Assembly (NCBI GenBank): GCA_027081275.1
Contig: JALWKV010000046.1
Coordinates: forward strand, 2,315 to 66,314
Direction of reading: 5' to 3'
Length of the DNA: 64,000 nucleotides
Origin: Gammaproteobacteria bacterium
GTDB lineage: Bacteria; Pseudomonadota; Gammaproteobacteria; UWMA-0217
The translations under genes and the position numbers were made by a program. The notes beneath the pieces were generated by a model. That model was not told where the DNA came from, searched no databases, and saw nothing but the letters and a program-made list of their open reading frames with translations. The number at the start of each line of letters is the position of its first letter. The stretch's first letter is position 1. Below, piece after piece: positions 48,101 to 56,281 of the stretch.

Positions 48101-48763
48101 GTCAGTCGCAACGCCATCAGCATCGACCACTATCTGCGCAGCCACGACGCCGCGCCGGCGTCGATCCACAGCCACATCAGCTACGCGCTGCTCGATGGCG
48201 AGCATGTGGAAGACAACGACCAGCTGCGGCTGGAGGGCTCGATCCACTGGTCACTGTCCGACAAAACCGCCCTGCGCAGCCAGCTCGGCGTCCGCCTCGC
48301 CTACCAGCACTTCGACAAGAACCTGCGCGGCTTCACCCTCGGCCAGGGTGGCTACTTCAGCCCGCAACATCACCTCGCGCTCACTTTTCCCATCGACATC
48401 AGCGGACATCGGGGCGCACTCAGCTACGGCGCATCCCTCTCGCTCGGCCTGCAATACTTCACCGAGGACGACAGCCTGCGCTACCCGCTCGACGACGATC
48501 TGACAAGCCAGCTCGAGGCCGCCGGGAAACCGACCCTGCTCGAAGGCAATTCCAAGGGTAGCCTTGTCGCCGGCATACGCGCCGGCTTCGAATATCGCCT
48601 TGGAGAGCGGATCGGCATCGGCGGCCTGCTCGCCTCCAGCAACGACAACGACTACAACGAAACCGGCGTCGCGCTGTTTCTGCGCTATTACCTCGATCGC
48701 GCCATGGGAGTGTCGGGCAAACCGCGATGGGAGCAGGACGGGAAGTTTTCAGGGCTGTGGTAG
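45143..48763 (+). CDS. bcsC: Cellulose synthase outer-membrane/TPR subunit BcsC (start set at MKLARRGK)
   Basis: Signal peptide, about 17 TPR repeats, C-terminal beta-barrel-like region ending ...FLRYYLD. Overlaps bcsZ end. Confidence 0.8.
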   Translation: MKLARRGKRIGLLLALSSLPALTAMAASQPGDIQQLLVQGHYWVGQGHPDLAIAAWEKVLLTDPDNAEAKNALRELKDFHPSLIDQTKLALARKLARQHKYADALKMYKLAFAGGTPNSFYAAEYYETLSGTRGGWKTAVKALSELVRKYPSNPYYRLVHARVLTYHESTRRDGIATLEQMAGDDSLDREIRARADEAWKNALLWLPGISKDRALYERYLARHADDAEIRDRLANLDRIGKHNTLQQAWDLLEKGEAEKADIIFSRLLRNAPDNADIHAGLGVARMKLQRFSSAAEHLEKALALAPEAHPELQPLLEEAQFWARYKAAEQAMKRGRYREALKRLDEAAQRRPDSFEVLLLRAAIEARRGNIRTASNLYDEALQRRPDSRDARRGLLQLLIQSGDEAAALRLLRKHHLSETEFRKARNRIRAERLRQQARLADDRRSAIIDLRKALELTPENAWLRLELARLLTAEGQDHEARDLFDGYLHSFPGDDEAHFAAAIFHAENGRQAEALAQMEAIPAAHKSEAQLLFEQRLRARLQLEKAKQLIAAGDYHAARLVAEKLQRDTDDPMVALIHAELLARIGEEKDALWQARNAWKSAQDDTGAAQQYATVLLLTHQYQALDQLLMALRRRPGLTPADESALARLRLGLELELADNLRKSGDYNAAWRQLLPFLPAQADHSALRTLLASIYHDAGNDEMALRLYQEEFARHPDNRDAWGGAAGAAMALGDNALAASLIEQGLEHNPDDPVLLVQRAQLDYLRGRRQSALADLDNALAQAETAPHGIRQRLAEQFPMPKAAATPVAVDDNTPWAREALALKQRIAAETATTLTVGTALRQRSGTAGLDELTTVALPLEWRSALNADMHWGLRLTPTLLDAGAASAAEAHLLGSEATGVPAASDDLSDEGAQVSLFYEGRQWDADVGISGAGLLRNNVEGRIAWKQQDFDNQLIVAAERRTLRETLLSWAGLKDDQTGIEWGGVSRNAISIDHYLRSHDAAPASIHSHISYALLDGEHVEDNDQLRLEGSIHWSLSDKTALRSQLGVRLAYQHFDKNLRGFTLGQGGYFSPQHHLALTFPIDISGHRGALSYGASLSLGLQYFTEDDSLRYPLDDDLTSQLEAAGKPTLLEGNSKGSLVAGIRAGFEYRLGERIGIGGLLASSNDNDYNETGVALFLRYYLDRAMGVSGKPRWEQDGKFSGLW

Positions 48764-48795
48764 ACGGCAGCCCAGTTTAACGACTGTAGGGACGT

Positions 48796-50781
48796 TCAGA
48801 TCTCCGAACTGGCCGCCGCCTGCGCCGGGGTGAGTATGTCGGGGATCCGTTCCGGTCCGGCATCGAAGGCGTCGGCCTGCCCCTGGAAGATCGATTGCCA
48901 GAAGGCCTGCGCCGCGAGCAGCTTGTCCTTTTCGGCCAGTTTCATCCAGCGCTGCAGATCGGGATCCTTGAGGCCGAAGTCGCCCCAGTATGCGAGAAAC
49001 GCCAGCAGCAGGTCGGCCATGCGCTCGGTTTCCCACGGCACGGACTTGTTCGACTCGTGCTCGTGGATCTCCTTGGCGAGCTGGAACTGGTGGGCCTTGT
49101 AGTCGATATCGAGCTTGAAGTGGGCCTTCAGTATCTCGTCGGTGAGGGACTCCGACCATTTGCGGTGGAAGCGGCAGATGCCGGTGTTGTCGCTGAACAG
49201 TTCGTAGACCATGCGCTCGACATTCTTGCGCCCCAGCGCCGCCGGCATCATGAATTCAGGTCCGTAGTAGACGTAGTACTTGCCCATGATCGGCATCGGG
49301 CTGCCCATGCCCGGTACCCAGTACTGGTTGGGCACCATGTAGCCGTACTCGCCGTGGGAGAGAAAGACGGCGCGGTGCAGCGGATGGGTGTCGTAGCGGC
49401 GTTCCATCTCGTAGGCGGCGCCACGGATGCCCTGACGGAACACGGCGGCGCGCTCGTCGAAGAGAATGGTATCGATCAGCGCCTTGGCGTATTTCGCATT
49501 CTTCATGCTGTCCTCGACCAGATCGAACTCGTCGGTGCTGCTGGAGAAGCGAAACGCCATCTGCCGCGGCGGCGGAAAGCCGTATTCGTCGGCGGGAATC
49601 AGATCATCGCGCAGACACTCCATGAGCCAGGCGAGATAGCCGCCGGTCTGGATGGCATCGAGCCCCATGGCGTCGATATGGTCGTTGAGCATTTCGGCGG
49701 CGCGCTGGTCGAAGATGCCGGTCTGCGGACCCAGCGCCTGATAGGGCTCGTAGTCCTTCTTGTACTTGTCATTGACCTTCTTGCAGGCGACGGCGCAGGG
49801 CTCGCCGCAGTGCTGGAAGTTCTTCGGCTTGATGATCTCCTCGTTGTACTGCTTGAGGTAGTGGTCGAGGATGAAAGCCTTGTGCTGATTGCGGCGCTCC
49901 TCCTCGCTGGCGTAGGCGCTGGTGTAGTTGAAGGAGAGGAGCCGGTCCGAGACCTGGTACATGTTGACGCCGAAGGTGCCGCCGGTCTGGAACTTCTCCG
50001 AGTAGCGGTACTTCTCGGTGACCGCGAGATCGGTCTTGACCACCTTCTGGCCGAAGTGCTCGATGAAATAGCCGTCCAGCTCTTTCGATGTCAGCAGGTC
50101 CGGATCCTTCCAGTCGCCGCCGAAGACGCAGCCGATGACATTGTGCTGCTGGAACAGACGGCTGCCGAGACCGCCCCGACCGCACCAGTCGACCACCGGC
50201 GTGATCTTGCCCTTGGCAATGGTGCTGGAGCCGATGATGCCTTCCGGCGTGTTCTCGGCGGCCGGGCCGACCGCGAAGATGCGCACTTTCTTCGGATGGT
50301 ATTCGCCGGCGTAGGTATCGAACAGATACTGTTGCAGACCGAAAAAGCCGATCAGCTCCTCTTCGGCGCTGCCCTGATAGCCCTTCCAGTACGGCTTGGG
50401 GTCCACCGGCTCCAGCCGCACCTCGAGCTTGTGACCCTTGTAATTGAGGATCAGCACGCTGGGCTGGGCACAGCGCCCCCGCAACGCCACATAGGAGACG
50501 CCAAGACCGTGATAGGTGTAGGCCGCGCCGCCCATGCTGGAGACATAGAAACCATCCCACTGCGGGCTGAAGGCGCAGAACACGAGACGACGCGAGCCGG
50601 GAATCGAGCTGCCCGCAAGCAGCCCCTGACCGAAAGTAAAGCTGTCGGGGTACTGCTTGTAGCGCCACCAGCCATAGTCCACGGGACCGAAGATATTCTG
50701 GTTGACATGCAGGGTATTGACCTGCCAGCCGCCTGTGGAAAGATTGATGACCAGCTCGCGCTGTTCGATATCATGCTGCAT
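48796..50781 (-). CDS. Aldehyde:ferredoxin oxidoreductase (AOR) family protein (tungsten/molybdenum pterin enzyme family)
   Basis: N-terminal AOR-N-like region (GWW...VNL), Cys ligand region (CGEPCAVAC), 661 aa. Confidence 0.65.
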   Translation of the reverse strand: MQHDIEQRELVINLSTGGWQVNTLHVNQNIFGPVDYGWWRYKQYPDSFTFGQGLLAGSSIPGSRRLVFCAFSPQWDGFYVSSMGGAAYTYHGLGVSYVALRGRCAQPSVLILNYKGHKLEVRLEPVDPKPYWKGYQGSAEEELIGFFGLQQYLFDTYAGEYHPKKVRIFAVGPAAENTPEGIIGSSTIAKGKITPVVDWCGRGGLGSRLFQQHNVIGCVFGGDWKDPDLLTSKELDGYFIEHFGQKVVKTDLAVTEKYRYSEKFQTGGTFGVNMYQVSDRLLSFNYTSAYASEEERRNQHKAFILDHYLKQYNEEIIKPKNFQHCGEPCAVACKKVNDKYKKDYEPYQALGPQTGIFDQRAAEMLNDHIDAMGLDAIQTGGYLAWLMECLRDDLIPADEYGFPPPRQMAFRFSSSTDEFDLVEDSMKNAKYAKALIDTILFDERAAVFRQGIRGAAYEMERRYDTHPLHRAVFLSHGEYGYMVPNQYWVPGMGSPMPIMGKYYVYYGPEFMMPAALGRKNVERMVYELFSDNTGICRFHRKWSESLTDEILKAHFKLDIDYKAHQFQLAKEIHEHESNKSVPWETERMADLLLAFLAYWGDFGLKDPDLQRWMKLAEKDKLLAAQAFWQSIFQGQADAFDAGPERIPDILTPAQAAASSEI

Positions 50782-50800
50782 GGCGCTTGTCCCTTCGTAA

Positions 50801-50866
50801 CTATTCAGCTCGTCTGCAAAGACATCCGTGACTGCTCAGATTGCCCCTGATAACTGAACAGTTAGC
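50801..50866. repeat. Repeat family C, short derivative copy
   Basis: ctattcagctcgtctgcaaagacatccgtgactgctcagattgcccctga, near-colinear with 23483..23559. Confidence 0.55.
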
Positions 50867-50880
50867 GGGCAGTTTTCCGA

Positions 50881-51648
50881 TCAGAAGCGAATGCCGACCT
50901 TGGCGCTGTAGGTGGTGTAGTCGCCGGTCTTGTCGGCTTCGACGACGAGATTCATGCCGAGATTGATGTTGAGGCCGACATAGACGCGGTTGATTTCGGG
51001 CTCCTCGCTGTCCAGCGTTGCGACGTCCACCGCCTCGACATCGCTGTAGATGCGACCGACGCCGGCATAGGGGGTGAGCATCGCAAACCCCTTCGATACC
51101 GTCAGTTCGATGCTCCTGTTGCTCAGATCGATCTCGTCGACGCCTTCCAGCTTGCTGTAGGCGGCGCGAAAGGCGACGGCCGGCGTGGCGATGCCGCCGG
51201 GCACGAGGGCGTATTTCAGCTCGGCGCCCCAGAAGCGGATATCGGAACCGGGCACGCCGGTATAGAAGGCGCCGACATCGACATTCATCGGCAGCCCCTT
51301 CTGCACATGGAGCCGGGGAACCGGCAACGTGCTCAGATCCCAGCCACCCTGCGAGGCGAGGTCGAAGATGCCCTCGTCGATCTCGGTGCCGCTGATGCTC
51401 AGACCGATATCGAAACCCAGCGCGCCCAGCGACTCGGCCGGCGCCAGCGCCTTGTAGGCCGTGGCCGCGACGAGGTTTTCCGACAGAGTCTCGAACTGCG
51501 ACTGCGTCAACAGCTGCAGATTGTTGAAATCATTGTCCGCGCTGCCCGCCACGGGGGTCAGCGCCATAGCCGCGGCAATGGCTGCGGCGAGCCGCCCCAT
51601 CTTTCCCTTGCTGATCATTCGTTTCATCCTTTTTCCTTTCCTCGTCAT
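50881..51648 (-). CDS. Small outer-membrane beta-barrel protein (start uncertain; several in-frame Met)
   Basis: Signal peptide ...AAAIAAAMALTPVAGSA, alternating beta-strand pattern, C-terminal ...KVGIRF. Confidence 0.55.
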   Translation of the reverse strand: MTRKGKRMKRMISKGKMGRLAAAIAAAMALTPVAGSADNDFNNLQLLTQSQFETLSENLVAATAYKALAPAESLGALGFDIGLSISGTEIDEGIFDLASQGGWDLSTLPVPRLHVQKGLPMNVDVGAFYTGVPGSDIRFWGAELKYALVPGGIATPAVAFRAAYSKLEGVDEIDLSNRSIELTVSKGFAMLTPYAGVGRIYSDVEAVDVATLDSEEPEINRVYVGLNINLGMNLVVEADKTGDYTTYSAKVGIRF

Positions 51649-51688
51649 TGAGCAATGGGCGCGAGACTAGCGCCATTGTTGACACCAG

Positions 51689-52717
51689 TCACGCTCCTTC
51701 GTCCGAACTTGTGGACGCATTAACGGTAAATTCGATACGCCGGTTTCTGGCCCTGCCCCGCTCGGTGCCGTTGTCGGCGATCGGCGATGCCGAACCGTGG
51801 CCGATGGCATTGAACTGCCCGGCCGCGACGCCGCGCTCCACCAGCGCCCGCACCACCGCCTCCGCCCGCTGCTGACTGAGCGCCAGATTGACCCGCGGAT
51901 TGCCGCGATTGTCGGTATGGCCATGCACGGTGAAGCGCGTCTGCGGGCAGGAGCGGGCCACCTCCGCCAGATCGTCGAGAAACCCCTCGCTGTCGGCGCT
52001 GATGACCGCCTGTCCAGCCTCGAAATGCAGCGGGCTGGACTTGGCCAGCGCCTGGATCCTGTCGATGCAGCTGAGCACCGGCACGAGCCGGAATGACGTT
52101 TCGTAACCGAGCCGCTGCAGGCGCTCCAGCCGCTTTCTCGCCAGCACCCGCGCCCGCGGCGGCGTCCCCTTGCCGCGCAACTGTGCCCGTCGCCAGGCGA
52201 GCTCGACATCGCCCTCGCCCGTGGCCTGCAACGCCGCCAGCGCCATCCGCGCCGACTGTAGCCAGTCCGCCGGCGCGCCCTCGGCCAGCTTGAGGCGATC
52301 CTGCCCCAGCGCAAGCCCCTGCGCGCGAATCCACGCCAGCAGCGACTCGTGCGCCGCCACGCTGGGCGCATGACCCTGCAGCCGCAGCTTGCCCCCGTCG
52401 AGCTGGGCGAGGAAGCGATAGGGGCTGACCGGCGGCGCGACGACGATCCGGTTGTCGATCGCTTCCGGATCGAAATGGCGCGAGGCGAGATGCTCGGCCC
52501 GCTCGCGCTGCGCGGATACGGCCACTTTTCCGGAAAGCCTGACCCGCTCGCCATCGAGCGACGCCTCGACACCTTGCGGCCCCTGCTCCGCAAGCTGCCG
52601 CGACAGTTCGGCGACGGCCTGTTCGCGCGCATGCTCCTGCCACCAGCGCGGCGCGTAGAACACCGCCACCACGAGCAATGCGAGAATGACCAACAGACGG
52701 AAAAGTCGGTACCACAT
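51689..52717 (-). CDS. OmpA-family protein (N-terminal TM anchor, C-terminal OmpA-like peptidoglycan-binding domain)
   Basis: C-terminus FTVHGHTDNRGNPRVNLALSQQRAEAVVRALVERGV...NRRIEF matches the OmpA C-terminal domain. Confidence 0.7.
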   Translation of the reverse strand: MWYRLFRLLVILALLVVAVFYAPRWWQEHAREQAVAELSRQLAEQGPQGVEASLDGERVRLSGKVAVSAQRERAEHLASRHFDPEAIDNRIVVAPPVSPYRFLAQLDGGKLRLQGHAPSVAAHESLLAWIRAQGLALGQDRLKLAEGAPADWLQSARMALAALQATGEGDVELAWRRAQLRGKGTPPRARVLARKRLERLQRLGYETSFRLVPVLSCIDRIQALAKSSPLHFEAGQAVISADSEGFLDDLAEVARSCPQTRFTVHGHTDNRGNPRVNLALSQQRAEAVVRALVERGVAAGQFNAIGHGSASPIADNGTERGRARNRRIEFTVNASTSSDEGA

Positions 52718-52719
52718 GA

Positions 52720-53910
52720 CTACTTCAACCTGACGTCCAGATCGAGCCGGCGCGCCCAGGGATCACGCCCGCGCAGCACGCCGAGACGAACGGTATCCCC
52801 CGGCTTGCGGTTCCAGAGTTGCAGACGGATATCGCCGAGCGTGGCGATCGGCGCGCCGTTGACCTCGATGACGCGATCATTCGTGCGCACGCCCGCTGCG
52901 GCGGCATGACTGCCCTCGGCGATGGAGATGATCTTCATGCCGCGATCGGCCTGTTCGAGCACGACGCCGATCAGCCCCGCCGGCGGCAGTTCCAGCGGCG
53001 GCGACAGCACCACATAGTCGGCCGGCTCGCCGGAGAGGTCGATGCCGCTGCCGGTCTGCAGCACCGTGGCCATCGGCGCGTCCAGACGCCGCGCCAGACG
53101 CTGCGGAATGCCGGTGCCCTCCACCACGTGACCGGCGCCGGCGAGCACCACCATCGAGCGCCGCGGATGCGCGCGCAGGTAGTTGGCGGCGGTCTCGGCC
53201 ATGGTCTCGTCCCAGGCGAGCTGGACGTCGATGAAGTGCTCGAAATCCTTCTTCTTGCCGCCCGGATGGCCGCTGAACACCGCCTCCAGCCGCTCGCGGT
53301 AGCCGGCCACGTCGCGATCGAAGTCGCGCGGCAACTGCCGCCGCAGCTCGGGCGACAGGCCGTCCAGCCCGAGCTTGCCGATGGCCTTGGTCACCTCCAC
53401 CGGAGCGTTCAAAGCCACCAGCGGAATCCCCTGCTCGCGAGCGAACAGAAAGATCGGCCGGTAGAGACGAAAATCGAACTTCCAGCGCTCGAAATACTCG
53501 GTGCGGCGCAGCATCTCCGTTTCGCCGATGCGCCCGGCGACATAGGCATCGAGCGCCTGCTGGAAAGGCCGCTGGATCATCTCCAGCCCGATGGCCAGCG
53601 GCACGCCGCGCGCATGCAGCCCCTCGATGATCTTGAGCTGCGTCAGATGGTGGTCGTAGCGCTCATGCGACTCGCCGACGAACACCACGCGGCGGTCGGC
53701 CAGCGCATCGATCACATCGTCGAGCATGGGCGCGCGCGCATAGTCGAGCACTTTCCACTGCCCCGGGTCGACCGCCACCAGGGCGGCGGAAGCCGGGGCG
53801 GCCGGCATCTGCGCCACCGGCAGGGTCTTGCAGGCTGCTAGACTGGCGAAGACCAGCAGCAGTAGGCTCCTGCTTGCGGTCATCCATCCTCGGAGGGGTT
53901 TCATCGGCAT
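52720..53910 (-). CDS. ChaN-family (Tiki/TraB/ChaN superfamily) lipoprotein with C-terminal PDZ domain (start set at MPMKPLRG)
   Basis: Lipobox LAAC, ChaN-like core (VVFVGESHERYDHH...VVLAGAGH), PDZ-like C-terminus (GMKIISIAEGSHAAAAGVRTNDRVIEVNG). Confidence 0.6.
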   Translation of the reverse strand: MPMKPLRGWMTASRSLLLLVFASLAACKTLPVAQMPAAPASAALVAVDPGQWKVLDYARAPMLDDVIDALADRRVVFVGESHERYDHHLTQLKIIEGLHARGVPLAIGLEMIQRPFQQALDAYVAGRIGETEMLRRTEYFERWKFDFRLYRPIFLFAREQGIPLVALNAPVEVTKAIGKLGLDGLSPELRRQLPRDFDRDVAGYRERLEAVFSGHPGGKKKDFEHFIDVQLAWDETMAETAANYLRAHPRRSMVVLAGAGHVVEGTGIPQRLARRLDAPMATVLQTGSGIDLSGEPADYVVLSPPLELPPAGLIGVVLEQADRGMKIISIAEGSHAAAAGVRTNDRVIEVNGAPIATLGDIRLQLWNRKPGDTVRLGVLRGRDPWARRLDLDVRLK

Positions 53911-55969
53911 GTACAGATCACTGGTTGGAATATTGATGGCCCTGTCGCTGCTGCCCGGCGGGCTCTCGGCAGCCGATCTCGTCGAGCACCACCTCAAGGT
54001 TCGCATCGACCCGGCGGCCGGTACGATCAGCGTCGTCGACAGACTGGTGCTGCCCGAACGAATGCGGGGCAAGCGGCTGATTTTCCGGCTCCACCCGGCG
54101 CTCGATCCAAGCGCGAACAGTGGCGGACAACTTACCACAGATGCTCCCGGCCACCATATATTCACCCCCGACGACAGCGGCCTCGCGCCGGAGCTGAGCT
54201 ACCACGGTCGCATCCACGATCCGCTGCGCGACATTTCCGACAGCCCCGGCCGGGCGCAGCAGGTGACGCGGGGCCAGATCGGGCCGGAGGGCGTCTTTCT
54301 CGGCGGCGCATCGCTCTGGTATCCGCAGATCGGCGACCTGCCGGTGCGCTTCGATCTGGAGGTGACGCTCCCCGAGGGCTGGCTCGCCATCAGCCAGGGC
54401 GAGGCGGTCGAAGGCGAGCCGAACCACTGGCGGGAAAGCCATCCGCAGGAGGAGATCTACCTCGTCGCCGGGCGCTACAGCCGTTACGTCTCCGACGCTG
54501 GCCCGGCGCGCGCCGAGGTCTGGCTGCGCCGGCCCGACGCGGCGCTGGCGCGGCGCTATCTCGACGCCACCGAAAAATACATCGCCCACTACGGCGCACT
54601 GCTCGGCGACTACCCCTACGCCAAGTTCGCGCTGGTCGAGAACTTCTGGGAAAGCGGCTACGGCATGCCGTCGTTCACGCTACTCGGCCCCACCGTCATC
54701 CGCCTGCCGTTCATCATCCACACCTCCTATCCCCATGAAATCGTCCACAACTGGTTCGGCAACGGCGTCTACGTCGACTGGGCGGGCGGCAACTGGAGCG
54801 AGGGGCTGACCACCTACATGGCCGACCACCACCTGCGCGAGCAGCGTGGCGCGGCCGCCGCCTACCGCCGCGACCAGCTCAAGAACTGGGCCGACCACGC
54901 CAGCGGCGGGCATGATTTCCCGCTCGTCGAATTCACCGGACGCCACGGCGACGCCTCGCAGGCCGTCGGCTACGGCAAGGCGATGATGTTCTTTCACATG
55001 ATCCGCAAGCGGATCGGCGATGAAGCTTTCCTTGCCGGCCTGCGCGGCTTCGTCGCCGACAAACTGTTTCGGCGCGCCGGCTACGACGACCTGCGCCGGC
55101 ACTGGGAAAAGGCGAGCGGCGTCGACCTGAAACCGTTTTTCCGGCAGTGGCTGCATCGCACCGGCGCGCCACGGCTCGCCATCGACGATATCGAGGTTGT
55201 CGAGAAAAAGGGGCGCTACCACTTCACTGCCGTGCTGGAGCAGACGCAGAAAGGGCCGCCCTTTCCACTGACCGTTCCCCTGCGTTTCGATTTCGGGACC
55301 AAGCAGCCGGCCGTCACGAAACTGGTCGAGACCAGCCAACGCGACACCGCGATGGCCTTCAACTTCGACCGCAGACCGGTCAGAGTCGAAGTCGATCCCG
55401 AATACGACTGCTTCCGTCAACTCTACCCCGGCGAAAACCCGCTCACCCTCTCGTCGATCTTCGGCAGTGACGAAGTGACACTCATCCTCCCCGCCAACGC
55501 AGCGAAGCCGCTGCGCGACGGCTACCGCGCCCTCGCCGAACAGTGGGTGCGGAAACGCAGCGACAGATGGCGCATCGTGACCGACGCGGAATCGAAGGCG
55601 CTGCCGGACAGCGGCGCGATCATCGTTCTCGGGCGAGCAAACCGCTTCGTGAATCAGGTGCTCGACGGAAAAACGGCGGAACAGATCGTTGGCAACGACA
55701 TCGACCAAGCAAACGACAGCATCGTTGTGACTAACAACAGACGCGATCGTCCCGCGCTCTTCATCGCCACGCCGCGCCCGGCCGCCCTGCCCGGCTTGAC
55801 GCGCAAACTGCCGCACTACGGAAAATACAGCTATCTGATTTTCAAGGGTGACGCGCCGACGATTCGGATGAAGGGGCAATGGCCGAGCGCCGGCTCGCCA
55901 CTGGTTCGGGACATTTCGGCGAGGGCGGCGAATGGGAATGACGAGATTCCCGCTATTGTCGATGATTGA
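53909..55969 (+). CDS. Secreted M1-family zinc aminopeptidase
   Basis: Signal peptide; HEIVHNWFGN followed by E 18 residues later (HExxH-x18-E), typical of the M1 family. Confidence 0.75.
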   Translation: MYRSLVGILMALSLLPGGLSAADLVEHHLKVRIDPAAGTISVVDRLVLPERMRGKRLIFRLHPALDPSANSGGQLTTDAPGHHIFTPDDSGLAPELSYHGRIHDPLRDISDSPGRAQQVTRGQIGPEGVFLGGASLWYPQIGDLPVRFDLEVTLPEGWLAISQGEAVEGEPNHWRESHPQEEIYLVAGRYSRYVSDAGPARAEVWLRRPDAALARRYLDATEKYIAHYGALLGDYPYAKFALVENFWESGYGMPSFTLLGPTVIRLPFIIHTSYPHEIVHNWFGNGVYVDWAGGNWSEGLTTYMADHHLREQRGAAAAYRRDQLKNWADHASGGHDFPLVEFTGRHGDASQAVGYGKAMMFFHMIRKRIGDEAFLAGLRGFVADKLFRRAGYDDLRRHWEKASGVDLKPFFRQWLHRTGAPRLAIDDIEVVEKKGRYHFTAVLEQTQKGPPFPLTVPLRFDFGTKQPAVTKLVETSQRDTAMAFNFDRRPVRVEVDPEYDCFRQLYPGENPLTLSSIFGSDEVTLILPANAAKPLRDGYRALAEQWVRKRSDRWRIVTDAESKALPDSGAIIVLGRANRFVNQVLDGKTAEQIVGNDIDQANDSIVVTNNRRDRPALFIATPRPAALPGLTRKLPHYGKYSYLIFKGDAPTIRMKGQWPSAGSPLVRDISARAANGNDEIPAIVDD

Positions 55970-56138
55970 GCCATGTCGTTCCGCACAGAACCAACGCCAT
56001 CGGGGTAAAGGTGTCACTATCCTCGAGAAGCACAATACCCTCGTAATCCGCGACATCGGCAATCGCGTTGGAGAAGGTCAATACATTGGGCTGGCGGGGT
56101 TTGAGTATATCGAGCACGAGTCGCCTGACGATCGCCAT
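55953..56138 (-). CDS. Possible 61-aa protein of unknown function (could be spurious)
   Basis: MAIVRRLVLDILKPRQPNVLTFSNAIADVADYEGIVLLEDSD... in a locally lower-GC intergenic region. No recognisable domain. Confidence 0.2.
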   Translation of the reverse strand: MAIVRRLVLDILKPRQPNVLTFSNAIADVADYEGIVLLEDSDTFTPMALVLCGTTWLNHRQ

Positions 56139-56281
56139 TGTCCGAATCCGTCTAGTCGGTAAAGTTGCGGTCCGGCCAGTATAGCGGCAGTCCGGCCCGC
56201 CAAGAAAAATCGCGCCATTGGGGCCGGGCGACTGCTCATCGCCACCTTTCCCCGACACCTTACCGGTGGTACCTTCCCTCC

